A stretch of DNA of 55,695 nt, from contig CAZKFA010000007.1 of the NCBI GenBank assembly GCA_964551925.1, positions 1 through 55,695 of the forward strand. Direction: 5' to 3'. This document shows, in pieces, positions 39,376 through 47,780 of the stretch. Position 1 is the first letter of the stretch, and each line of letters starts with the position of its first letter. Made by a program: the position numbers and the translations under genes. The notes below the pieces were generated by a model. It searched no databases. It was not told the DNA's origin and saw only the letters and a list, made by a program, of their open reading frames with translations. Source of the stretch: an uncultured Gammaproteobacteria bacterium (GTDB lineage Bacteria > Cyanobacteriota > Vampirovibrionia > LMEP-6097).

Positions 39376-41208
39376 ATGTCTATCAAGAATCTTAGAGCCG
39401 CTTTAAAGGATATTCCTTGTTCTCAAGGGGCTTTGGCTGCTAGGCAAATTCAGCATTATCAAGAGTTTAATAAATTTTGTCATTGGATAGATGATTTGTG
39501 CGGTAGTTTTTCTAGTAAGATTAATTCAGTAGAAGAGTTTCATAGAGCAGCTAAATTTTTTGGTTTAGATTTAGAGTCAGCAAGTTTTAATCGAGATTTA
39601 GGGAGACTATTAACACAAAGAGCAATTAATATACCTCGCTCAGACTCACAAGAAGTGAAGCGACAAAATTTTATTTTTGATTATCTAATTGCTAAAACAC
39701 CTTTGCGGCATTTAGTAGAGCCTAGTGATCTAGCTGGGGGACTTTTTAAGACTATTGCTGATCAACAGCGTTTTGAGAAATTATTAGATTTGATTTTTAG
39801 TCATAGTCTAATCCAGGTTTATCAATCTAGCACTGGCAACTTAAAAGAGGTTGCTGGAGCTGCTTTGCCGCAATTTGCGGATTTGTCTTTGGATAAAGCA
39901 GCTGAACAAGCTATGTGCAACCCTGTGGAAGTTGCTCTGTTAGCTAATTTTAACCCTATCCCATATAATGATGAGCGATATCAAATTGCTCAATCTGCTT
40001 TTAGAGCTCTTGCTGCCAGGAGAAATAAGATCGATATCTTCTCAAAGTTCTTGAATAAACCTGTAATGCAAGAGGTTAATCAACAATTAAGTATGTCTTT
40101 GCGCGTGCTATCTACTTTTACTGAGTTACCTCAAGATTCTGCCTTAGTTAGTCAATTACAAACTCTCTTGCAGAGTGATTTTGCTCGCCATAATAATTAT
40201 TATGCTGGGCTGCTGTTGCGTGTCTTAGCTAAGATGCCTGAGCTTGATTATGATTCTAGATTGGTTCACAATCTAGCTAAATATTTGGATTCTTCTGCTC
40301 CAGGTTTGCAAATAGCAGCCGCTAAAGCTTTAACTAAAATTGATTGGTTTAGTAATCAACCAGAGCCATGGCTGTTAGCTGCTATCTTCACTAGTCTTGA
40401 AAAGCCTTTTGGTCAACAAACTGATTTAACGAGAAAAATATATTTGGCTAGTTTGTTTGATAAGTTTGATCTTGCTGGTCAATCGATACCGAGAGCTGTT
40501 CAATTCCGTGCTAGCAGTAGTTCTGATCATCTTGAAATTGTTTTATGGCGCAACATTGCTTCTGCTTATAGGCATATTCCACAAACAGAGGGTAGGATTG
40601 TAAGTAAGAATGGGATATTTCTTCCATATGATTTTCGGCATCTTTGTAGCATCACCACAAAACGATTAGATCTAGATAGAGGTCTTCATCAGATGTTAGC
40701 GGATGACAGAGAGTCTTTGTTACTTTATTTAAGAGCTTTAGCCTATGCTGTTATGCCGTCTGAGCAGTTTATGGAACATCACCTGGTAGATTTTAATCAT
40801 GATTTGGTAGCTTTTAAGCTTGGCTATGATAGAACCAATGACACGCGTATAGAACGAGCCACTACTGCTCTGGAGATATTGTTAACAGCTTTTGAGAAAT
40901 TTAAACCAGAGATTCATTACTCAGAAAGGATTTTAGATCTAATAGTAAGTATTGGTGATCTTGCGGTGCAAAGCTTGTTTGAGGCTTTAACAAGAAAGGC
41001 AACAGACAAAGCAACTGTCGATAATATTTTTGCGGCTTTGGATCATATTGTTTTGAAAGAACCGAATTTAGTAGATAAGTTTTTTACTGAGCATACTGCA
41101 GATGCTCGTTATTTAGCAACTTTACAAAAAGAATTTGACGACAATCCACATTATGCACTAGTATATCAACGTTTAGCTAAATATCTTCACTTGAAGAATT
41201 TATTATAG
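39376..41208 (+). CDS. hypothetical all-helical protein (possible HEAT/ARM-like repeats)
   Basis: 610-aa ORF. Segments such as LLLRVLAKMPELDYDSRLVHNLAKYLDSSAPGLQIAAAKALTKI look HEAT-like. No firm family. Confidence 0.55.
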   Translation: MSIKNLRAALKDIPCSQGALAARQIQHYQEFNKFCHWIDDLCGSFSSKINSVEEFHRAAKFFGLDLESASFNRDLGRLLTQRAINIPRSDSQEVKRQNFIFDYLIAKTPLRHLVEPSDLAGGLFKTIADQQRFEKLLDLIFSHSLIQVYQSSTGNLKEVAGAALPQFADLSLDKAAEQAMCNPVEVALLANFNPIPYNDERYQIAQSAFRALAARRNKIDIFSKFLNKPVMQEVNQQLSMSLRVLSTFTELPQDSALVSQLQTLLQSDFARHNNYYAGLLLRVLAKMPELDYDSRLVHNLAKYLDSSAPGLQIAAAKALTKIDWFSNQPEPWLLAAIFTSLEKPFGQQTDLTRKIYLASLFDKFDLAGQSIPRAVQFRASSSSDHLEIVLWRNIASAYRHIPQTEGRIVSKNGIFLPYDFRHLCSITTKRLDLDRGLHQMLADDRESLLLYLRALAYAVMPSEQFMEHHLVDFNHDLVAFKLGYDRTNDTRIERATTALEILLTAFEKFKPEIHYSERILDLIVSIGDLAVQSLFEALTRKATDKATVDNIFAALDHIVLKEPNLVDKFFTEHTADARYLATLQKEFDDNPHYALVYQRLAKYLHLKNLL

Positions 41209-41436
41209 TAAGCTACTCGGAATATATTTGCGGTTCAATTCTTCAGTACCTAATCCAAATTTGCTTTTGAGTAAATAGATACCAGTGCCACTAGGAAAGA
41301 CTCCGTAAGTGTTTTTGTAAAGATTGGCGATGATTTTATAAGCTTCTTCCTCATCTTCAATTGCATTCACCAAGTCGATTTCCTCTTCGCTTAGCCCTTC
41401 GATAAAATTATTTATAATCCCCTCTGATAGAAACAT
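41203..41436 (-). CDS. hypothetical small acidic protein
   Basis: 77-aa ORF. TATATA lies 6 nt upstream of the ATG. No family recognised. Confidence 0.4.
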   Translation of the reverse strand: MFLSEGIINNFIEGLSEEEIDLVNAIEDEEEAYKIIANLYKNTYGVFPSGTGIYLLKSKFGLGTEELNRKYIPSSLL

Positions 41437-41524
41437 ATAGTTTATATATACCCATTCTTTTGGAATTTATATCAGAATTAAAATCAAGTTTTTAGATCAA
41501 GGGCCAATACCTAGATAGGGACCC

Positions 41525-41944
41525 CTAGCGCAATAGTAAATTAACTGCTTGAGAGATCTTTGGTATATAGGTGAAACGCCCTCTGAGAGTCCAAAGAAAG
41601 GCATATAGTATCAGTATATTCATGGCGATAGCGTAGACGTATAAGACAGCGTTTTGTAATAAACTAAGTAGCTTAACAGTGTTTGCAAAAACCACAAAAA
41701 TATCAAGTAAGTTCATGAGAAAGCTCATTAATAAGATAAAGAATTGTGGCAGAAAAAATACGATCATATTAATAATTAGAGCTTGATAGCAATGATATTT
41801 GATGAAATCCTTAAGATAGATTTTCTTGATGTTGGCTATAATCAGCCAGGCAATTGGGATCCATGCGACAAGTGGAATGAATTTCGCTGTATACAGAAAG
41901 GCACAAATAAATCTATCCCTTGTCGTTGATAAGTTGCTGTTCAT
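41525..41944 (-). CDS. small polytopic membrane protein, possibly Tic20/DUF4870-like
   Basis: 139-aa ORF with 3-4 TM helices. The KYHCYQALIIN motif resembles the conserved H..QA motif of Tic20-like proteins. 4-nt overlap with hisS. Confidence 0.45.
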   Translation of the reverse strand: MNSNLSTTRDRFICAFLYTAKFIPLVAWIPIAWLIIANIKKIYLKDFIKYHCYQALIINMIVFFLPQFFILLMSFLMNLLDIFVVFANTVKLLSLLQNAVLYVYAIAMNILILYAFLWTLRGRFTYIPKISQAVNLLLR

Positions 41945-43191
41945 GAAACTCCTTTTATAAGGGTTAACAAAGCTTCATAATTATCTAGTTCAAACTCCTT
42001 ATTCTGCATGAGATTTTTGGCTTTGAAGCGACCAGAGGTTCTCTCATCGATCAGATAAAATACCAGCCATTGATAATTTTTTTTCAAAGCTTTTTCAAAT
42101 TGTTTTTTGAACTTGTTGTTTTCATAATCATATTCAACGGTTAGATTTGTCTCGCCTCGTAATTTGATCGCTAATTGATGAGCATCGATAGCAGAGTCAG
42201 AGAGTATAAATAAAGAATTGGCAGCAGAAATTTTGATTTGTAATAATTGAGCAAGGCGCTCTTGTCCTAGAGCCCAACCAACAGCAGGGTTTGGAGCGCC
42301 ACCAAGGTTGTTAATTAATTCATCATAGCGACCACCAGCTAGTACTGTATTTTGAGTACCAAGTTCTTTGGAGCTACTTTTGATTTCAAACACGCAGTGC
42401 GAGTAATAATCTAAACCACGCACTAGTTGTTGATCTACTATATATTTTATGCCCAGTTGTTTAAGACCAGCTAACATTTCTTGCCAAATATCTTTAGACT
42501 CTTGATCAAAGAAGTCGTGAATATTTGGGGCTTGTTTGTATAGAACTTGGTCATCAGGTGATTTGCAATCAAGGCAGCGCAAAGGATTTGTTGTCAAACG
42601 GCGCTTACAATCATCACAAATACTAGCTTCATGAGATTGAATGAATTCGGTTAGTTTGCTGATATAGTTTTGGCGTGAAATATTATTGCCAATGGAGTTG
42701 ATATATAGAGTAAGATCTTCTAGACCTAATTTCTTGAGTAGTTGCAGCCCAAGGTCTATTACTTCTAGATCAATATAAGGAGCTTTGCAACCAATGGCTT
42801 CTATGCCGATCTGGTGAAATTGTCTGTAACGACCAGTTTGCGGGCGTTCATAGCGAAACATTGGTCCACGATACCAAAGCTTCTGAGGTTTACCCTTCTG
42901 CTCTAAATGATGCTCAATAAAAGCTCTTGCGATTCCAGCAGTTGCTTCTGGTCTTAAAGTTAGCGATCGTTCACTTTTATCAAGGAAGGTATACATCTCT
43001 TTGTTGACGATGTCGCTGCCCTCACCAACACTTCTAGCAAATAACTCAGTTGCTTCAAAAATAGGTGTGCGTAATTCTTGATAGCCTGCGCTATGGAAAA
43101 TTTCAGCAGCATAATTCTCTATTAATTGCCAGACCCTGGTTTCGGTTGGGAGTATGTCTTGAGTCCCTCTTGCTGCCTTGATTTGAGCCAT
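41941..43191 (-). CDS. hisS: histidine--tRNA ligase
   Basis: 416-aa ORF with FRYERPQTGRYRQFHQ and GGRYDEL class II motifs. Confidence 0.93.
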   Translation of the reverse strand: MAQIKAARGTQDILPTETRVWQLIENYAAEIFHSAGYQELRTPIFEATELFARSVGEGSDIVNKEMYTFLDKSERSLTLRPEATAGIARAFIEHHLEQKGKPQKLWYRGPMFRYERPQTGRYRQFHQIGIEAIGCKAPYIDLEVIDLGLQLLKKLGLEDLTLYINSIGNNISRQNYISKLTEFIQSHEASICDDCKRRLTTNPLRCLDCKSPDDQVLYKQAPNIHDFFDQESKDIWQEMLAGLKQLGIKYIVDQQLVRGLDYYSHCVFEIKSSSKELGTQNTVLAGGRYDELINNLGGAPNPAVGWALGQERLAQLLQIKISAANSLFILSDSAIDAHQLAIKLRGETNLTVEYDYENNKFKKQFEKALKKNYQWLVFYLIDERTSGRFKAKNLMQNKEFELDNYEALLTLIKGVS

Positions 43192-43874
43192 TAATGATCT
43201 AATCCCGTATAAGCAAGCAAAGTGAAGCTAACATTCAAGTCAGTGTTGCGAGCTTGTTCTAGAGGATCAGCTCCTCGTGTTGAACCTTGAGTGAATCTTT
43301 TATCTGAACCCATTCCTTTAGTTGCAGTGCTTTTAGACATGGCAATATCAGAGATTTCTACAGCACGATAATAGGCGATGACATCACGAAAGAAATTTGT
43401 GTATTGCTCGAATTTACCTTTAGAATCAATGCTGATAACTGTTTTGAGAACTTTAGCATGTTGTTCTTGAAGGTTTTTTTGTTTCTTATTAAATTTCGAA
43501 CGTTTATTGATTTCTTGTCCAGTAATAGTAATAGGCACTGCTTCTTTTGGCATAAAACTAATCAATTCAATTTTATTCTTACGAGCGAGTTCCTCAAGAT
43601 CTCTTACCAAAAAACCTCTATCCTCAGAATTAGGAATTTGATTGACCAAGCTGTCTATTTCTAATCTAATTGCATCAATTGATGCTCTAAAAGCAACGAG
43701 CTGTTCTCTACTAACTTCTGGTCTGCTTAATTCAGCCTTAACTGCTCTAAGTTCTTGGCGTAATTTTTTGCTTTCATCGCTAGTTGGTTTGTAAATCATA
43801 ATAAAACAAGCTGCAACTACGATTACACTTAGTACAACAAGTATATTTTTCTCTTTTTCTTGAATAACGAGCAT
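43191..43874 (-). CDS. PilO-like membrane-anchored coiled-coil protein
   Basis: 227-aa ORF with N-terminal TM helix, a coiled coil, then KTVISIDSKGKFEQYTNFFRDVIAYYRAVEISDIAMSK, matching the PilO-type pattern. No pilM/pilN nearby. Confidence 0.45.
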   Translation of the reverse strand: MLVIQEKEKNILVVLSVIVVAACFIMIYKPTSDESKKLRQELRAVKAELSRPEVSREQLVAFRASIDAIRLEIDSLVNQIPNSEDRGFLVRDLEELARKNKIELISFMPKEAVPITITGQEINKRSKFNKKQKNLQEQHAKVLKTVISIDSKGKFEQYTNFFRDVIAYYRAVEISDIAMSKSTATKGMGSDKRFTQGSTRGADPLEQARNTDLNVSFTLLAYTGLDH

Positions 43875-43901
43875 TATAGTTCGATTTTAACATCAATAAT
43901 C

Positions 43902-43921
43902 TTAAGGATCCACTGAAAAAT
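43902..43921 (+). repeat. conserved 20-mer TTAAGGATCCACTGAAAAAT (copy 1)
   Basis: 19/20 identical to 47441-47460. Both lie in divergent intergenic regions, upstream of a TTAA-N7-TTAAC module. Confidence 0.8.
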
Positions 43922-43943
43922 GGACTATAGTACCATTTTTCAG
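43913..43943. promoter_or_regulatory. perfect 11-bp inverted repeat CTGAAAAATGG-N9-CCATTTTTCAG
   Basis: The left arm is part of the conserved 20-mer. The loop ACTATAGTA is itself near-palindromic. No flanking T-run, so operator-like rather than terminator-like. Confidence 0.5.
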
Positions 43944-43980
43944 GGTGTCTTTAGCCGTCATCACTATTATCCTTCAGAGC

Positions 43981-44013
43981 CTTAACCGAAACTTAACGTA
44001 TTTTGTGTACTAT
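43981..44013 (+). promoter_or_regulatory. TTAA-N7-TTAAC-N10-TACTAT promoter module upstream of the M23 peptidase gene
   Basis: CTTAACCGaaaCTTAACGTattttgtgTACTAT, ending 8 nt before the ATG at 44022. Confidence 0.55.
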
Positions 44014-44021
44014 GGCGGCAG

Positions 44022-44861
44022 ATGGAAGGGTCACAAATCCCAGTTGAATACAGAATAAATCAGCTAAGCGCACGTTTAGATAGTCTAATTAATGATGGCC
44101 CAGCTCTAGGCTCGGCTCCAGTTAATATAAACGATCCACAAGATTTTCGTGCTCTTGCCATGATGATGCAGAGTAAAATGCTTGGTGACGCCTTAGGATC
44201 CAATGATGATGATAATTCTAATCCCATGGCTGCTTTTATGAATCCTATGATAATGGGAATGAACAACCCTATGACGGGTAATAATCCAATGCAAGCTATG
44301 AATAATCCCATGATGGGATCTAACCCTATGCTTGCTGCCATGATGATGGGTTCAAGCCCTTATGCAATGCCAAATAACTATATGCCTAATACACCGCAAA
44401 TTCAATCTGACTCTATGGTGTTTCCTTTGCAGGGAAGGGTGAGTAGTCCTTATGGTCATCGTCATCATCCTCTTGATAAGCATGAAGCTTTTCATTCAGG
44501 AGTTGATATTGCTGCCCCCCAGGGTTCTGCTATCCGTGCTCCATGGGCTGGTAGAGTGGTTTTTGTAGGTCATGCCGATGGCTTTGGTTCCAAAACGGTA
44601 ATAGTTGCTCACGAGAATAATAAACAAGCTGACGGTAAAATAGTTTATTCAGTATTTGGGCACAATCAAGACGTCTTTGTTAAAGAAGGCGACTATATCA
44701 ATCAGGGAGAGGTTTTTGCGACTGTTGGTAGTGATGGTCATTCGACTGGTCCACATTTACATTGGGAAACGCGCATCGCTAATCCTAATTTGCAAGCTAA
44801 AGAAGTTTTTGAGAAGCATGTGTCGATGACGGTAGATCCTTTAACTTTCACTACTGCTTAA
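44022..44861 (+). CDS. M23 family metallopeptidase with Met/Asn/Pro-rich linker
   Basis: 279-aa ORF with HxxxD (HSGVD) and HxH (HLH) M23 motifs. Six NPM repeats at residues 67-103. Confidence 0.85.
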   Translation: MEGSQIPVEYRINQLSARLDSLINDGPALGSAPVNINDPQDFRALAMMMQSKMLGDALGSNDDDNSNPMAAFMNPMIMGMNNPMTGNNPMQAMNNPMMGSNPMLAAMMMGSSPYAMPNNYMPNTPQIQSDSMVFPLQGRVSSPYGHRHHPLDKHEAFHSGVDIAAPQGSAIRAPWAGRVVFVGHADGFGSKTVIVAHENNKQADGKIVYSVFGHNQDVFVKEGDYINQGEVFATVGSDGHSTGPHLHWETRIANPNLQAKEVFEKHVSMTVDPLTFTTA

Positions 44862-45413
44862 AAATTTCTTTAATTCATTTATAGCTTTTGCTCTATGACT
44901 ATGTTGATTTTTATAATCATCGCCTAGTTCAGCGACTGTTAAATTCTGACCTTTGGGTATTACAATTGGATCATAGCCAAAACCATTATGTCCACGGGCT
45001 TCTAGGCTGATATCACCGTGCCAGTATTGTTCTGTTTGAAAAATTATTTCTCCATTCGGGTTCATTAATACTAGGCAGCAAACAAATCTACAACTGCGAT
45101 CTTCTTTGCCTTGCATTTCTGCGAGTATTGCTTGAATCCCGTGGCTCTTTAGAAAACGTCCGGCATAAATACCTGGTCTACCATCAAGCGCGTTGATTTC
45201 TATACCACTATCATCAGCCAATACGTAAGAATGACTGAATGTGACTCCCGCTTTAGCTTTGATGGTGGCGTTTTCTAGGAAGCTAGAACCAGTTTCTTCA
45301 ACATCAAAACTCTTATCAATGGCTTTGAATAAAAATCCGCTACTCGTTTTATTGAACTCGGCAATTTTGCCTTGATTGCTGGAGGCTATGATTATTAAGG
45401 GGATTCTGGGCAT
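44841..45413 (-). CDS. rdgB: dITP/XTP pyrophosphatase (HAM1/RdgB family)
   Basis: 190-aa ORF with IIASSNQGKIAEF, DDSGIEINALDGRPGIY and GFGYDPI motifs. Confidence 0.9.
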   Translation of the reverse strand: MPRIPLIIIASSNQGKIAEFNKTSSGFLFKAIDKSFDVEETGSSFLENATIKAKAGVTFSHSYVLADDSGIEINALDGRPGIYAGRFLKSHGIQAILAEMQGKEDRSCRFVCCLVLMNPNGEIIFQTEQYWHGDISLEARGHNGFGYDPIVIPKGQNLTVAELGDDYKNQHSHRAKAINELKKFLSSSES

Positions 45414-45420
45414 CTAATAT

Positions 45421-45426
45421 ATTATA
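45421..45426 (-). promoter_or_regulatory. -10 box TATAAT, 7 nt upstream of the rdgB ATG
   Basis: Overlaps the divergent cysE TATAAT within the palindromic ATTATAAT. Confidence 0.5.
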
Positions 45427-45428
45427 AT
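45423..45428 (+). promoter_or_regulatory. -10 box TATAAT, 8 nt upstream of the cysE ATG (45437)
   Basis: Perfect consensus. Supports the MFKLIKREV start. Confidence 0.5.
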
Positions 45429-45436
45429 TGAAGCAG

Positions 45437-46087
45437 ATGTTTAAATTAATTAAACGCGAAGTTTTAAATGTTTATCGCAAGGATCCTTCTTGTAATTCGA
45501 CTATTGGTATTTTTCTTTATTACCCAGGCTTTCAGGCGGTTTTGGCTCATAGAGTTTTTCATGTATTGTGGAAACTTAATCTTGGCATTTTGAATCATCC
45601 GAAGACTATATTGATTCGTTTTATGGCTCATCTAGTCAAAATCCTTACAGCAATTGAAATTCATCCTGCTGCTACCATCGGTAAGAATTTTTTTATTGAT
45701 CATGGCACCGGTGTTGTGATTGGTGAGACAACAGAGATTGGTGATAACGTAACTTTATATCAAGGAGTGACTTTGGGTGGGGTCTCTATCCAGAAAGCTA
45801 AACGTCATCCGACTTTGGGCTCTAATATTGTTATTGGTGCTGGTGCTAAAGTGCTTGGCAATATAGTTATTGGCGATTACGTGCAAGTAGGAGCTAATGC
45901 TGTCGTGCTTAAAGATGTACCTTCAAACAGTACGGTAGTCGGCATCCCAGGGCGCATTATCAAAATGAACGGTGATCTTAAAGATTGTATCGAGAATCTA
46001 GAGCACCACAAAACCCCAGATTATATTGGCGCTACCTTAGAGCTGCTCAGTGAGAGGCTTGCAGCGCTGGAGTCCAAAGACAAATAG
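45437..46087 (+). CDS. cysE: serine O-acetyltransferase
   Basis: [24 protein letters not shown] and hexapeptide repeats ([29 protein letters not shown]). ATG at 45437 preferred, with TATAAT 8 nt upstream. Confidence 0.9.
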   Translation: MFKLIKREVLNVYRKDPSCNSTIGIFLYYPGFQAVLAHRVFHVLWKLNLGILNHPKTILIRFMAHLVKILTAIEIHPAATIGKNFFIDHGTGVVIGETTEIGDNVTLYQGVTLGGVSIQKAKRHPTLGSNIVIGAGAKVLGNIVIGDYVQVGANAVVLKDVPSNSTVVGIPGRIIKMNGDLKDCIENLEHHKTPDYIGATLELLSERLAALESKDK

Positions 46088-46118
46088 ACTAATGTTGACA
46101 CTAATTTAGTGAATTACT

Positions 46119-47399
46119 CTATACCGTAACAGCTTTCGGCGACTCAAAAGAATTCTCTGGATAAATTAACCATGAACGTTTGAAATCATTCTCTACTAAA
46201 GACTTGACGACATGAGAGACTGTAGAGATTTCTTTAAGTCCACCATCTTGGGTTTGTATAAAGATTGCTTTGTTAGAATCACTAGGATCTGGATTGTAAA
46301 AGCTATAACTTTTAGCTGCAATATCGACTATATCAAGGAAGTATTCTGGTTCTAGTCCTGCCTTACGCACTTCCTCTGCTTTTTCTTCGTAGAGAGTTTC
46401 TGTGTTGATATTTGGTTCAAGAGCCTTTGCCTTAAATAGATCTCTAGTGATAAATCTTTTTGCCAAGTTTTTGAGAATATAATCTTTCTCATGACACCAA
46501 TGCTTGATGTGATGCAGTAGATTAACATCGTCAACTAGAAGATAATTTGCAACAGACATGCGCTCTGGCTCTATAAGCCAATCAAGGAGAGGCTTTTCGA
46601 TAAAGGACATTTTGCGATTGCGGATTAATAATTTAGCTCGTTTGAGTAGTTTGTATAACAATGTATCAGAAGCGAGTGATTTTTTGTGTTGATAAACTTG
46701 CAGGTACATAGAATATCTAGCGTATAGATAGTCTTCAACAGCAAGCATGCCTTTCTCGTTGCTGACAACAAGGCAATCTCTCTCGCGATTGACGCTGATG
46801 ACACTAATAACTCGTTCAAGATCAAACTTACCGTAGGAAGTGCCAGTGTAATAACTGTCTCTTAATAGATAATCAAAGCGATCACAGTCTATTTGGCTAT
46901 TAACAAAACTTGACAAGAATTTTTGTGGGTATGTTTTGTTTATGATCTGTACAACCTCTTTTGCTAAGCCAGTTTGATGGGCTTCAAGGATTTGATTGAT
47001 CTCGCTCTCTGGGCTGTTAATGAGCTTGATAGTCCAAGTCTCGTGTCTAATCTCATTTATCGATTCAGTACTATGGCTAAAAGGACCATGGCCAATATCG
47101 TGTAGGAGTGCTGCACTAAGAACTAATTTTTTATATTCATTTAGAGTCTCTTGATCCAGATTTAAATCTTTTGCAATTTTTTGTAGCATTAGTCTTGCGA
47201 TATGCATGGTTCCCAGTGAATGCTGGAAGCGGCTAGCTTCTGCTCCATGAAAAGTAAACCAACCAGTACCTAATTGTCTAATCCAGCGTAGTCGCTGTAC
47301 TTCTCTACTGTCAATTAATTTGATGATTAAGTCCTCAATTGGATCAGCGTCATCGAGAGTGATTTCTTTATGTATTGGATCTCTATAACTGCGGGGCAT
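46119..47399 (-). CDS. HD-domain phosphohydrolase (SAMHD1/COG1078-like)
   Basis: DPIHKEITL, EVQRLRWIRQLG and LLHDIGHGPFSH motifs. ATG at 47399 preferred over the GTG at 47417. Confidence 0.85.
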   Translation of the reverse strand: MPRSYRDPIHKEITLDDADPIEDLIIKLIDSREVQRLRWIRQLGTGWFTFHGAEASRFQHSLGTMHIARLMLQKIAKDLNLDQETLNEYKKLVLSAALLHDIGHGPFSHSTESINEIRHETWTIKLINSPESEINQILEAHQTGLAKEVVQIINKTYPQKFLSSFVNSQIDCDRFDYLLRDSYYTGTSYGKFDLERVISVISVNRERDCLVVSNEKGMLAVEDYLYARYSMYLQVYQHKKSLASDTLLYKLLKRAKLLIRNRKMSFIEKPLLDWLIEPERMSVANYLLVDDVNLLHHIKHWCHEKDYILKNLAKRFITRDLFKAKALEPNINTETLYEEKAEEVRKAGLEPEYFLDIVDIAAKSYSFYNPDPSDSNKAIFIQTQDGGLKEISTVSHVVKSLVENDFKRSWLIYPENSFESPKAVTV

Positions 47400-47440
47400 T
47401 ATATTATAAGGATACACTTAAAATACCGCCTAAATTAAAT

Positions 47441-47460
47441 TTAAGGATTCACTGAAAAAT
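47441..47460 (+). repeat. conserved 20-mer TTAAGGATTCACTGAAAAAT (copy 2)
   Basis: 19/20 identical to 43902-43921. Confidence 0.8.
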
Positions 47461-47471
47461 TCAAATTCTTC

Positions 47472-47504
47472 CTTAACCGCAATTTAACCAAAATATGTTA
47501 CTTA
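47472..47504 (+). promoter_or_regulatory. TTAA-N7-TTAAC-N10-TACTTA promoter module of the orphan short transcript
   Basis: CTTAACCGcaaTTTAACCAaaatatgtTACTTA. Same spacing as the flgB and M23 sites. Confidence 0.5.
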
Positions 47505-47511
47505 GAAGGCA

Positions 47512-47618
47512 GCTTAGTTAATGACTTGCCCAGGTTCATTAAATAAGCAAACTGTAGGACTAGGCCCAAGATTGCTGCCTGATGAGTTGTAAGTCAATCT
47601 TGGTACTAGTCTTTTTTT
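47512..47618 (+). ncRNA. candidate short orphan transcript (sRNA or 23-codon micro-ORF mRNA)
   Basis: Bounded by a TTAA-N7-TTAAC-N10-TACTTA promoter (47472-47504) and an intrinsic terminator (47558-47618). Contains ATG 47521 to TAA 47592 (MTCPGSLNKQTVGLGPRLLPDEL). 5' segment AGGCAGC (47507-13) is complementary to terminator-loop GCTGCCT (47574-80). The 5' end is an estimate. Confidence 0.35.
47558..47618 (+). terminator. intrinsic terminator of the orphan short transcript
   Basis: GACTAG/CTAGTC plus CCAAGATT/AATCTTGG (14 bp with a 2x2 internal loop and a 22-nt apical loop), followed by T7 (47612-47618). No plus-strand gene upstream could use it. Confidence 0.6.
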
Positions 47619-47708
47619 GTTATTATTTGGAGTAGCGCCGTTGGACATTAAGATTTGCTCATTTTGGGTGTGGTTCTTAACCTTTTTCGGGTATAAAACC
47701 AATATGGG

Positions 47709-47741
47709 TTTAACTTTTTGTTAAACTTTATATCAATAATC
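47709..47741 (+). promoter_or_regulatory. TTAA-N7-TTAAA-N10-ATAATC promoter module upstream of the 92-aa orphan gene
   Basis: TTTAACTTtttGTTAAACTttatatcaATAATC. A further CTTAACCT lies 33 nt upstream (47676-47683), in 11-bp phase. Confidence 0.4.
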
Positions 47742-47780
47742 TGATTAGTACACCGTTGTATTAGTTAAGGAGTATTCCGA

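Noticed and set aside
46119-47399. HD-domain protein as a dGTPase-type anti-phage defence gene
   Set aside because: It is the widespread COG1078/SAMHD1-like housekeeping type, sits in a core-gene context and has no partner defence genes.
47400-47408. TATAAT 3 nt upstream of the HD-gene ATG as a leaderless promoter
   Set aside because: The spacing is too short for the 6-9 nt pattern seen elsewhere. The promoter and exact start of this gene remain unresolved.
47574-47600. CTGATGAG in the terminator loop, matching the hammerhead ribozyme core
   Set aside because: The required downstream GAAA box and stem II/III arrangement are absent, so it is a chance match.
47514-47702. 62-aa minus-strand ORF in the HD / 92-aa gene spacer
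   Set aside because: It has no -10 or Shine-Dalgarno and low-complexity sequence. It runs antisense through a plus-strand promoter-terminator unit that explains the region better.
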